32,000 nucleotides of DNA from Erysipelotrichaceae bacterium (GTDB taxonomy: Bacteria; Bacillota_I; Bacilli_A; Erysipelotrichales; Erysipelotrichaceae), in contig JAUVVC010000001.1 in NCBI GenBank assembly GCA_030604855.1, positions 180,001-212,000 of the forward strand. Reading direction: 5' to 3'. Of the stretch, positions 6,926 through 14,618 are shown piece by piece. The stretch's first letter is position 1. Each line of letters opens with the position of its first letter. Below the pieces are notes generated by a model. The model was not told the origin of the DNA. It saw only the letters and a program-made list of their open reading frames with translations, and searched no databases. A program made the position numbers and the translations under genes.

Positions 6926-7756
6926 TTACCCATGCTTGATGAACGTGCCTCTACGTAATTCTTCAAACGCATGTTCCAACTCACCCCGTGTGTTCATGAC
7001 GATCGGACCCCCAAAGGCCACCGGTTCACGTAAAGGCTCACCTTCAAACCACATGAAACGCGCATCATCCAAAGCCGTGATCGTGACTTTGGTGCCTTCA
7101 TCGAATAATACCGCAGATTTTTGTGGTAGTACTTTATCCATGTGTTTAAGTTGACTGTTGAAGGTATAGATGAACAAAGTATCATTCATATTCATGCTAA
7201 GGGTCAATGAATGATCCTTTTTTAAACTGATATCCAAGATTCGTGCTTGGACATATTTCGGTTGAATCTTTGGTACCACCCCATGCACTTCACCCGAAAT
7301 GACACGGATCGTATAACCATCCGTCACAATCGGTTCCACATGATCCGCTTGAATGTCCCAATAAGCGGGTTCACACATCTTGGCTTTCTTCGGTAGATTG
7401 ATCCAAAGCTGCAGACCCAACATGCGTTGTGTTGGTTTGGGCATCTCTTGATGGATGATTCCAGAACCGGCTGTCATCCATTGCGCTTCACCGCTGTGAA
7501 TGATGCCTTTATTGCCTAAACTATCTTGATGTTCAATCATCCCTTCAATCAAGTAAGTGAAGGTTTCGATGCCACGATGCGGATGAAAGGGGAAGCCCGC
7601 CACATAATCACTGGGATTATTGGAATCAAAGGCATCCAGCATCAAGAAGGGATCCACATCATAGACATTCTGAGCCCCGATGACCCGTGTGAGTTTGACA
7701 CCTGCCCCATCCTGAGTAGGATGTCCCTGTATGATTTTCTTTACATTGCGTTCCAT
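6926..7756 (-). CDS. pirin-family (bicupin) protein
   Basis: GFPFHPHRGIETFTYLIEG and QLWINLP are pirin signatures. Start trimmed to MERNVKK (ATG 7756), with GGAGAAA 7 nt upstream and 1 nt after the upstream gene's stop. Confidence 0.85.
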   Translation of the reverse strand: MERNVKKIIQGHPTQDGAGVKLTRVIGAQNVYDVDPFLMLDAFDSNNPSDYVAGFPFHPHRGIETFTYLIEGMIEHQDSLGNKGIIHSGEAQWMTAGSGIIHQEMPKPTQRMLGLQLWINLPKKAKMCEPAYWDIQADHVEPIVTDGYTIRVISGEVHGVVPKIQPKYVQARILDISLKKDHSLTLSMNMNDTLFIYTFNSQLKHMDKVLPQKSAVLFDEGTKVTITALDDARFMWFEGEPLREPVAFGGPIVMNTRGELEHAFEELRRGTFIKHG

Positions 7757-7757
7757 C

Positions 7758-8105
7758 TTATTTCTCCATTCGATCGATGATCTTGAGTTCATACAAATCA
7801 TTCAAACTGATCAGACCTGCCGCATAGAAATGTTTGACCTTGATGATTTCTTCATCGGATACAAAGAAGATTTGATCACTTTTCAAGCAGTTGAAATAGT
7901 ACTGATAATTCGCATCCGTATCCAAGTATTCAATGGCTTCAGCACAAGCAAGCTGATTTTGCTCAATCAAATCATAGATTGCATAGTCGCCATAAATCGC
8001 TTTCGGCTCAAGTTTGTCAAAACGTGCAAAAGGATCCGTTCGTTGACAGGATGCTAAGAAAAGAAGTGAAAGTAGAATTATTTTACGCATGGCTCTTTTT
8101 GTCAT
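7758..8105 (-). CDS. putative lipoprotein, function unknown
   Basis: Signal peptide with lipobox LLFLASC. Tightly coupled to the pirin gene. Start uncertain (8105 or 8090). Confidence 0.6.
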   Translation of the reverse strand: MTKRAMRKIILLSLLFLASCQRTDPFARFDKLEPKAIYGDYAIYDLIEQNQLACAEAIEYLDTDANYQYYFNCLKSDQIFFVSDEEIIKVKHFYAAGLISLNDLYELKIIDRMEK

Positions 8106-8197
8106 TATAGCACTTATATGATGAACATGGAAAGGAAGAGGAAGCTTCTAGCTCAGGATTAGAGCTCATGTGCAACACAAAGCAGAGGAGTGTTATA

Positions 8198-8923
8198 ATG
8201 AGTCTAATGATCAAGAAATTCAGTATCTACAGCCTTTATTTCGCTCTATGGCAAGGGATCGCCATGATGGTGAACAGACCCGTGATTCTTCCAAGCTTTG
8301 TGGATGTTTTTTTACGCTTGGTCAATCTCTTGCTTACCAGTGATCTATATCTCCATGTGTCCATGACGCTACTCCGTGTCATCCAAGGTACAGCTTTAGC
8401 CTTTGTTTTGGCTTTGATTGTAGCCCTCATGACCCATGAATCCAAGCTCCTTAAAGATCTTCTAAGTCCACTTATACTCATCACAAAAACCATCCCTAAC
8501 ATCACTTACATACTCCTAGTTCTCATTTGGTTCGCTCGTGAATTATCAGTGATTGCGGTTAGTTTCTTAATCCTATTTCCCGTTCTCTACAGTCAATTCA
8601 AGACCGGCTTGGATCAAATCAATCCGGAGCTGATCGAGCTTTTTAAACTCTATCCTGAAGGTTTGATTCATAAGGTGAGTAAAGTCTTGGTTCCACTCAT
8701 CAAACCTTATCTCTTTGCAGGTTTAAAGAATGGTCTATCCTTAGGGTTCAAAGTCGGTGTCATGGCTGAGATTCTTGGCCAAGTCCAACCCGGTCTAGGC
8801 TATTTGATGCACATCGCACGCATGAATTTCGAAACAACCGATCTCTTCGCTTATACCACTATTATGATTCTTGTGGTGGTGATCATTGAGAAGGGAATCG
8901 ACCACTTTTTAATCAAAAAATAG
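8198..8923 (+). CDS. ABC transporter permease, NitT/TauT (SsuC/TauC-like) family; no partner genes nearby
   Basis: Six hydrophobic segments and a binding-protein-dependent permease layout (...GFKVGVMAEILGQ..GLGYLM...). Start trimmed to ATG 8198, with GGAG 7 nt upstream. Confidence 0.7.
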   Translation: MSLMIKKFSIYSLYFALWQGIAMMVNRPVILPSFVDVFLRLVNLLLTSDLYLHVSMTLLRVIQGTALAFVLALIVALMTHESKLLKDLLSPLILITKTIPNITYILLVLIWFARELSVIAVSFLILFPVLYSQFKTGLDQINPELIELFKLYPEGLIHKVSKVLVPLIKPYLFAGLKNGLSLGFKVGVMAEILGQVQPGLGYLMHIARMNFETTDLFAYTTIMILVVVIIEKGIDHFLIKK

Positions 8924-8924
8924 C

Positions 8925-8945
8925 TTAAGTGCAGATAAGTGGCAA
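8925..8945 (+). repeat. copy 1 of the 21-bp repeat TTAAGTGCAGAtAAGTGGCAA
   Basis: Begins 2 nt after the permease stop. Contains two AAGTG half-sites 10 bp apart (8927, 8937). Confidence 0.8.
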
Positions 8946-8996
8946 AATCTACAATTTTACACAAAGCTAAATATCTAAGTTTATTGAAGATATGAT

Positions 8997-9014
8997 GTGT
9001 TGATTAATTAACAC
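8997..9014 (+). promoter_or_regulatory. imperfect palindrome GTGTTGATTAATTAACAC upstream of phd (candidate operator)
   Basis: 16 of 18 positions are self-complementary. It lies about 35 bp upstream of TATAAT (9048-9053). Confidence 0.3.
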
Positions 9015-9073
9015 GTATAAAAACATGCTTATAGTTTTTTTGTCGTGTATAATAATTTAAAGGAGCCTATAAT

Positions 9074-9319
9074 ATGCCAAATATAAAACCAATCTCTGAT
9101 TTAAGAAACTATACTGAAGTTTTAAGTGAAGTACATGAAGACAGTCCGGTATATCTAACGCGTAATGGACGAGGTGAGTATGTCATCATTAAACTTCAAG
9201 AACTGGACAAATTGAAAGCAAGAATCCAACTTTTAGAAAAACTTGCGGAAGGTGAAGCTTCTGTTCAAGATAAAGCTTGGATCAGTGTAGATGATGTCAA
9301 TAAAATGCTTGGGCTGTAA
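9074..9319 (+). CDS. Phd/YefM-family antitoxin
   Basis: MPNIKPISDLRNYTEVLSEVHEDSPVYLTRNGRGEYVI is the Phd/YefM N-terminal signature. AGGAG lies 8 nt upstream. Confidence 0.85.
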   Translation: MPNIKPISDLRNYTEVLSEVHEDSPVYLTRNGRGEYVIIKLQELDKLKARIQLLEKLAEGEASVQDKAWISVDDVNKMLGL

Positions 9320-9322
9320 AGT

Positions 9323-9625
9323 ATGTATATAATTGATTTCTCGATATCAGCTTTACAGGACTTAAGAAACATAAAATATTATCTTGAAGAGAACTATGGG
9401 GAAAGTGTAGTTTTGGAGAAAATACGAGAAATATCTAGAAGAGTTCGTAGACTCGAACAATTCCCTTTAACCGGGGTTTCTTTATCTAACTTGGTGAAAT
9501 CTAGTCTAAATTATCGGTATTTGGTTGTAGAAAAGAATTATGTCTTTTATCGAATCGATAATAATCGAATAAAAATTATTAGAATACTAAATGAACGTCA
9601 GGACTTCATTAAGCTGTTATTCTAG
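9323..9625 (+). CDS. RelE/ParE-family toxin (ParE-like)
   Basis: 100 aa, starting 3 nt after phd. The sequence ...DLRNIKYYLEENYGESVVLEKI...LEQFPLTG...YRYLVVEKNYVFYRIDNNRIKIIRILNERQD is the ParE/RelE pattern. Confidence 0.8.
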   Translation: MYIIDFSISALQDLRNIKYYLEENYGESVVLEKIREISRRVRRLEQFPLTGVSLSNLVKSSLNYRYLVVEKNYVFYRIDNNRIKIIRILNERQDFIKLLF

Positions 9626-9791
9626 TTTAGATAAGAGACTTTATCATCAATACGATAGATATGAATGTGTAAGTAAAAGGACATACCCTTAGTTATGCCC
9701 ACTCGGGCATGCCCTCATTCTAGTGAATAATTAATAATTGCTCTTCTTAGATGAACGCTTAATCGATAAGTTTAAATTAATCAGAAATTGA

Positions 9792-9812
9792 TTAAGTGCA
9801 GAAAAGTGGCAA
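9792..9812 (+). repeat. copy 2 of the 21-bp repeat TTAAGTGCAGAaAAGTGGCAA
   Basis: 20/21 identical to copy 1. AAGTG half-sites at 9794 and 9804. Preceded by the inverted repeat TTAATCA-gaaat-TGATTAA (9777-9795). Confidence 0.8.
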
Positions 9813-9824
9813 GAATATCAAAAA

Positions 9825-9845
9825 ATAAGTGCAGAAAAGTGGCGA
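9825..9845 (+). repeat. copy 3 of the repeat (aTAAGTGCAGAAAAGTGGCgA), overlapping the -35/spacer of the ATPase promoter
   Basis: AAGTG half-sites at 9827 and 9837, 33 bp from copy 2. Confidence 0.8.
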
Positions 9846-9847
9846 TA

Positions 9848-9856
9848 TGATATAAT
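9848..9856 (+). promoter_or_regulatory. extended -10 promoter element TGaTATAAT; implies a leaderless transcript for the ATPase gene
   Basis: TG at 9848-9849 and TATAAT at 9851-9856. The ATG at 9863 is 6 nt downstream of the -10, with no SD in between. Confidence 0.5.
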
Positions 9857-9862
9857 ATTGCC

Positions 9863-11170
9863 ATGAAACGTCACTTAAGCTCTGAACTCTTAAAATGGAA
9901 GCATCGTTCGAATCGTAGACCCTTGATTTTACAAGGCGCCCGTCAGGTTGGCAAGACGTACTTGTTGAATGATTTTGGAAGAGAACATTATCAGAATGTA
10001 GCTTATTTCAATTTCGAGAGTCAATCGAGTCTAGTTGATATTTTTAAGTTTGATTTCAATCCTGAGCGGATTATTAAAGCTTTATCTTTTAGTTCAAGAG
10101 TGAGCATCGTGCCGGAATCGACATTGATCATTTTTGATGAAGTTCAGGCGTGTGAGGAAGCTCTAACAAGTTTGAAGTACTTTGCAGAAGATGCTCCAAG
10201 TTATCATATAATCGCTTCAGGTAGTCTTTTGGGTATCGCGGTTAATCGAAAAAAGTTTGCTTTTCCAGTGGGTAAAGTGGATTTAATGACATTGTATCCC
10301 TTAAGCTTTGAGGAGTTTCTTTGGGCTATGCAAGAATTTGAACTGATTGAGCGAATTCAAGCATCCTATAAAACCATGTCGGAAATGGCTGTACCTTATC
10401 ATCAAATCGCTATTGAGAAGTTATTAGAGTATTGGGTGGTTGGAGGGATGCCGGCAGTTGTGAAAACTTATCTAGAAACTCAAGATATGAATTTGGTTCG
10501 TAACGAACAGAACGTTATTTTGAATACATATCTTATGGACATGTCCAAATACAGTTCACCGAGCGAAGTTCGTAAAACCAAAATGATCTATCAACAAATC
10601 AGTTCACAATTGACGAAAGCAAACAAGAAATTTAAGTACAGCTCATTAAAAACCGGTGGTCGACAACGAGAATTCGAAGGATCAATCGAATGGCTAACAA
10701 GTACAGGGATCATGAGTCAAGTGTTTAGAATTGACCAAATCAAGCATCCGTTAAGTATTTATCAGGATGTGGAAAGCTTTAAGGCTTTTACCTCTGATAC
10801 AGGCCTATTATGCGCCATCGCTCAGGTACATCCTGAATTGATTCTGTTTCAAGACCAGAGCATTTCAGACTTCAAGGGTGGTTTGGTTGAAAACTATGTA
10901 GCGAATCAATTCACAAATATGGCGATAAACCATTTCTATTGGACTTCAGAGGGTAGGGCTGAAGTTGATTTCATTATTGAGTATAAAAATAGGATCATTC
11001 CAGTCGAAGTGAAGTCATCTGAAAACGTTCGATCACGAAGTCTATCCATTTATAAAGAACGATTCGAACCAACCCAAATGATTCGATTATCGCTTCGTAA
11101 TTTTGGTCTAGAAGGCAATTTGAAAAGCATCCCGCTTTATGCTGCATTTTGCCTAAAAAAGAGCGATTAA
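9863..11170 (+). CDS. AAA+ ATPase of the AAA_14/DUF4143 (COG1373) type with a C-terminal PD-(D/E)xK-like motif
   Basis: Walker A GARQVGKT (9935-9958); Walker B LIIFDE (D92 at 10136). The C-terminal AEVDF-x11-PVEVKS gives D369/E382/K384 (nt 10967-11014). Confidence 0.8.
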   Translation: MKRHLSSELLKWKHRSNRRPLILQGARQVGKTYLLNDFGREHYQNVAYFNFESQSSLVDIFKFDFNPERIIKALSFSSRVSIVPESTLIIFDEVQACEEALTSLKYFAEDAPSYHIIASGSLLGIAVNRKKFAFPVGKVDLMTLYPLSFEEFLWAMQEFELIERIQASYKTMSEMAVPYHQIAIEKLLEYWVVGGMPAVVKTYLETQDMNLVRNEQNVILNTYLMDMSKYSSPSEVRKTKMIYQQISSQLTKANKKFKYSSLKTGGRQREFEGSIEWLTSTGIMSQVFRIDQIKHPLSIYQDVESFKAFTSDTGLLCAIAQVHPELILFQDQSISDFKGGLVENYVANQFTNMAINHFYWTSEGRAEVDFIIEYKNRIIPVEVKSSENVRSRSLSIYKERFEPTQMIRLSLRNFGLEGNLKSIPLYAAFCLKKSD

Positions 11171-11198
11171 ATCATTAAAAAAGAACCGAAGTTCTTTC

Positions 11199-12893
11199 TT
11201 AATCATTGAGTTTAGAATTCACAAAATCCAAGACTTCATCGATGTTCACCAGTTGAACATCTTTTTCATTGCGCAACTTGACTTCAACTTGTCCATTCTC
11301 AATCGTTTTACCAACCGTGATCCGTACAGGTACACCAATCAAATCCATATCATTGAATTTAACCCCAGCACGCTCGTCACGATCATCCAAGATGACATCG
11401 ACTTTTGCTTTTTGAAGTTGTGTATAAAGACTGTTTGCTAAATCGTTCTGAGCTTCTACCTTGGTGTTGATCACAACGATCGCCACTTGGTAAGGTGCGA
11501 CTTCTTTTGGCCATACGATGCCATAATCATCATGGTGTTGTTCCACGATGGCAGCCATGCATCGACCAGGCCCAATGCCATAGGAGCCCATGATGACTGG
11601 ATTGAGTTGATTGTTCTTATCCAAGTAGTTCAAACCCAAGGCTTTGGCATACTTGTCGCCCAGTTTGAAGATATTGCCGATTTCAATCCCTTTTGAGAAT
11701 GTGATGCGTCCTTCGTTGCACTTAGGACAGACATCGCCTTCCTTGATATTGCGAATATCAGCGAAGGTGTGAACTTTGAAATCGGAGAGCTTGACGTTTT
11801 TAAGGTGATAGTCGGATTTATTGGCCCCAACTAAGAAATTGGACATCGATTTGATGCGTAGATCGGCGATGACTTTGAGTGTCGTGTTCACAGGACCTGC
11901 GAAACCCACTTTAGCGTTGGTCAAACGAACCACATCATCATTCTCTGCTAAGACAACCGATTGTGCATTGAATAGCTTCTGAAGTTTGACTTCATTGATC
12001 TCGTCATCACTGCGAACCATGATCAGATAGAACTCACCATCGATCTTGTAGATCATCGACTTGGTCATCTTTTCGAGGGGAATGTTGTAGTTATCGACCA
12101 AGTCTTTGATCTTACCCACATTTGGGGTATAGAGTTCTTCTAGTGTCATTGGATCTTCAAGTTCCAATGGTGTTTCCACACACTCCGCTACTTCAATATT
12201 AGACGCATAATCACAGTGATCACACAAAACCAAGGTATCTTCACCAATATCGGTCACCGCTTGGAACTCTTCAGAAAGCAGCCCCCCCATGACACCGGTA
12301 TCCGCACGTACGACTTTATAGTCCAAACCCATGCGATCGAAGGAGTTACGATATGCTTTATCCATCTTACGATAGGAGACTTCCAAACCATCCAAATCCG
12401 CATCAAAGGAATATGCATCCTTCATGATGAATTCACGCACACGGATCAAACCGAAACGGGGACGCGGTTCATCTCTGAACTTGGTTTGGAATTGATAAAT
12501 ATTGAAAGGGAGATCCTTATAGGACTTCACATTGCTTTGGGCTGCCATCAGGAACAATTCTTCATGGGTAGGACCTAAGACGAAAGGTTTACCAAAACGG
12601 TCTTTCAGAGAGAACATGCTGGAGCCGATCAAAGCACGACGTCCGCTTTGCTCATAGATTTCTTCTGGAATCAAAGCAGGCATCAAGACTTCTTGCGCAC
12701 CACTGTTGTCCATTTCTTCACGGATGATCTTTTCGATCTTCTTGAGCACACGATAGCCCAAAGGAAGATACATGTAGATGCCGGAAGAATTCTTTTTGAT
12801 CATCCCACTGCGGACAAGCAGATTGCCACTCAAAGAGTCTTCATCTTTGACATTTTCGCGTAGGGTATAAAAATAGCTGTTTTTAAGTTTCAT
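11199..12893 (-). CDS. proS: proline--tRNA ligase (bacterial type with INS editing domain)
   Basis: Class II motifs (FRDEPRPRFGLIRVREF, GIGPGR), an internal editing insertion and a C-terminal anticodon-binding domain. Start trimmed to MKLKNSYFYT (ATG 12893), with AGAGG 7 nt upstream. Confidence 0.95.
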   Translation of the reverse strand: MKLKNSYFYTLRENVKDEDSLSGNLLVRSGMIKKNSSGIYMYLPLGYRVLKKIEKIIREEMDNSGAQEVLMPALIPEEIYEQSGRRALIGSSMFSLKDRFGKPFVLGPTHEELFLMAAQSNVKSYKDLPFNIYQFQTKFRDEPRPRFGLIRVREFIMKDAYSFDADLDGLEVSYRKMDKAYRNSFDRMGLDYKVVRADTGVMGGLLSEEFQAVTDIGEDTLVLCDHCDYASNIEVAECVETPLELEDPMTLEELYTPNVGKIKDLVDNYNIPLEKMTKSMIYKIDGEFYLIMVRSDDEINEVKLQKLFNAQSVVLAENDDVVRLTNAKVGFAGPVNTTLKVIADLRIKSMSNFLVGANKSDYHLKNVKLSDFKVHTFADIRNIKEGDVCPKCNEGRITFSKGIEIGNIFKLGDKYAKALGLNYLDKNNQLNPVIMGSYGIGPGRCMAAIVEQHHDDYGIVWPKEVAPYQVAIVVINTKVEAQNDLANSLYTQLQKAKVDVILDDRDERAGVKFNDMDLIGVPVRITVGKTIENGQVEVKLRNEKDVQLVNIDEVLDFVNSKLND

Positions 12894-12916
12894 AGTTGAC
12901 CTCTGAATCATTTGAC

Positions 12917-12925
12917 ATTATAGCA
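12917..12925 (-). promoter_or_regulatory. extended -10 (TGcTATAAT, minus strand) for proS
   Basis: Minus-strand read of 12925-12917. It leaves a 5' UTR of only about 17 nt carrying the SD. Confidence 0.45.
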
Positions 12926-13085
12926 TATTCAAGCTCTTGTGAAAGGGTGTGTTGCTTGTACAAAGAAACGAAAATGACAAGAAATCACAAGGTTTAATGA
13001 AGCTGCTGTGTCATTGCCTCTAATTCGGTGTAAAATGAAGTTAACGAATTGTTATCACATAATGACAACAGAAAGAGGCACGCTC

Positions 13086-13895
13086 ATGTTAGAAGAGATT
13101 ATGCATCCAAGCTTTGATGGGACCCTTTTACGTCTGCGCAAAGACAAGGTGGAGAATCCTAAAGCTGTAGTCGTCATTGCGCATGGACTCTGTGAACACT
13201 TGAATCGTTACGACTATGTCACAGAACAACTGAATGCAAATGGTTTCTGTGTGTATCGCTACGATCAAAGAGGTCATGGCAAGTCCGAAGGGGCAAAGGT
13301 ATTCTTCAGTGATTTCAAAGAAATGGCAGAAGATTGCAACAGTGTGTTCAATGTGGCAGCGCTTGAAAATCCAAGGTCAAAGATTTTTGTCTTAGGACAT
13401 AGCATGGGAGGGGAAACCGTGAGTCTGTTTGGAACTTTGTTTCCAAAACACGCGGATGGCTTTATTCTCTCCGGAGCTCTGACCCGCTACAACAATCCTC
13501 TGATGGGAACCGACTTCCCGATTCCGGCACCGGTCGATCATTATGTCGAAAATGGCTTAAGCGATGGCGTGTGCAGCGATCCAGCGGTTGTGGAAGCCTA
13601 TGTGCAGGATCCTTTGGTTGAGAAGAAGATCTCTATTGGTTTGATCAATGAAATCTATAAAGCCGTTCAATTTTTGAAAGAGCACCCACAAGATTTTGTA
13701 GATCCTGTACTGATCTTGCATGGGGCGAACGATGGCTTGGTTTCCTATAAAGATTCCTTGGCCTTCTATGATGAAATCGCATCCTTGGACAAAGGCCTTC
13801 AGATCTATCCAAAACTCTTTCATGAAATCTTGAATGAACCATCCAAAGATGAAGTCATTTCCGACATCGTCTTATGGCTTAATAAACATCTGTAA
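13086..13895 (+). CDS. alpha/beta hydrolase (lysophospholipase / monoacylglycerol lipase-like)
   Basis: HG oxyanion motif VVIAHGLCEH, nucleophile elbow GHSMGG, late HGANDGLV and FHEI. Start trimmed to MLEEIM (ATG 13086), with AGAGG 7 nt upstream. Confidence 0.8.
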   Translation: MLEEIMHPSFDGTLLRLRKDKVENPKAVVVIAHGLCEHLNRYDYVTEQLNANGFCVYRYDQRGHGKSEGAKVFFSDFKEMAEDCNSVFNVAALENPRSKIFVLGHSMGGETVSLFGTLFPKHADGFILSGALTRYNNPLMGTDFPIPAPVDHYVENGLSDGVCSDPAVVEAYVQDPLVEKKISIGLINEIYKAVQFLKEHPQDFVDPVLILHGANDGLVSYKDSLAFYDEIASLDKGLQIYPKLFHEILNEPSKDEVISDIVLWLNKHL

Positions 13896-13918
13896 CACAT
13901 TCAATAAAAGGGGGATTT

Positions 13919-14125
13919 ATGGAAATCATTAAAACACTGCTTCTCATCGTTCTGGTTTTGGTTTTGATCGGCATTGTCTATAATGCGTCACGTCTGTACC
14001 ACAAACTCTATCACGTCACATACCAATCAACCAAGAATCCTATTTGGCGTGCAATCAAAGCTGGATTCAGATCACTGGCGTACGCGTTTGTGAGTCTGTT
14101 GGCCAGTCAGCCTTACGAAGGCTAA
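13919..14125 (+). CDS. small membrane protein (paralogue 1)
   Basis: SD aaagggggat. TM helix, then RLYHKLY, then a second hydrophobic segment. Confidence 0.55.
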   Translation: MEIIKTLLLIVLVLVLIGIVYNASRLYHKLYHVTYQSTKNPIWRAIKAGFRSLAYAFVSLLASQPYEG

Positions 14126-14127
14126 CC

Positions 14128-14358
14128 ATGAACTGGGAGACACTCGGCCAAACTTTTTTGGTGGCGTTCATTTTCTTTGTGATTGGTGTTGTCATTTATG
14201 CATTGATTAATTCCGTCAAGTATTACCAAAAACTCTACGATGAATCCAAAATTGTTGAACCACGCATCCTAAGAATGATTCTATGTTTCTTGATGGCGAT
14301 GCTCTATGCGATTGTCGCCTTATCCGGAGTGGATCCTTTAAGAGGTCTTGAAGAATAA
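14128..14358 (+). CDS. small membrane protein (paralogue 2)
   Basis: ATG 14128 lies 2 nt after the previous stop. TM helix, then KYYQKLY, then a second TM. The longer track ORF from 14044 overlaps paralogue 1 and was trimmed. Confidence 0.55.
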   Translation: MNWETLGQTFLVAFIFFVIGVVIYALINSVKYYQKLYDESKIVEPRILRMILCFLMAMLYAIVALSGVDPLRGLEE

Positions 14359-14438
14359 GTGTTTGACATCCTGGTTTAATCATGATTAAATAAGCAAGTT
14401 GATAGAGCAATTCATCCATGTATGTCATCGCACTGCGT

Positions 14439-14467
14439 TTGACACACTTAGATAACTATGCTATATT
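14439..14467 (+). promoter_or_regulatory. sigma-A promoter of the infC-rpmI-rplT operon
   Basis: TTGACA (14439-14444), 17-nt spacer ending in TGc, TATATT (14462-14467). Confidence 0.6.
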
Positions 14468-14474
14468 AAACAAG

Positions 14475-14618
14475 CAATAAACGTGGAAAGAAGAAGTTCC
14501 TGCTTCTCACCCGATGGCTTAAGTCATGGGTATCGTGCTACAAATGGTTATTTTAAATAAACCAAGTACATTTAGCGGGACCTTTGTGCCCGCTTTTATA
14601 TTGTAAGGAGGTATATTT
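14475..14618 (+). promoter_or_regulatory. L20-leader-type attenuator upstream of infC
   Basis: A leader of about 145 nt between the promoter and infC. It ends in a terminator-like hairpin, agcggg / cccgct, followed by TTTTAT (14574-14600), right before the SD. Position and layout match the Firmicutes L20 leader; the covariance model has not been run. Confidence 0.55.

Noticed and set aside
7526-8057. Plus-strand ORFs 7526..7780 and 7731..8057.
   Set aside because: They are antisense to the pirin and lipoprotein genes, have no SD and have low-complexity products.
8925-9845. AAGTGCAGAAAAGTGGC repeats as a CRISPR array.
   Set aside because: There are only three copies of about 21 bp. Spacings are 867 bp and 33 bp, the intervening DNA encodes a TA pair, and there are no cas genes.
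11253-12863. Several plus-strand track ORFs (11253..11441, 11487..11696, 12216..12578, 12648..12863) and the minus-strand ORF 11630..11830 inside proS.
   Set aside because: They lie antisense to or out of frame with a full-length, motif-rich proS reading frame. They have no SD, and their composition is typical of shadow ORFs.
12894-13085. Possible T-box leader upstream of proS, as in many Firmicutes.
   Set aside because: The extended -10 (12925-12917) leaves only about 17 nt of 5' UTR. There is no room for a 200+ nt T-box, and no specifier-loop or T-box consensus sequence was seen.
14363-14391. Second TTGACA-17-TTAAAT promoter-like element about 75 bp upstream of the infC promoter.
   Set aside because: The -10 is weaker, there is no distinct downstream feature, and it may simply be an AT-rich coincidence. 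It cannot be supported without transcription start data.
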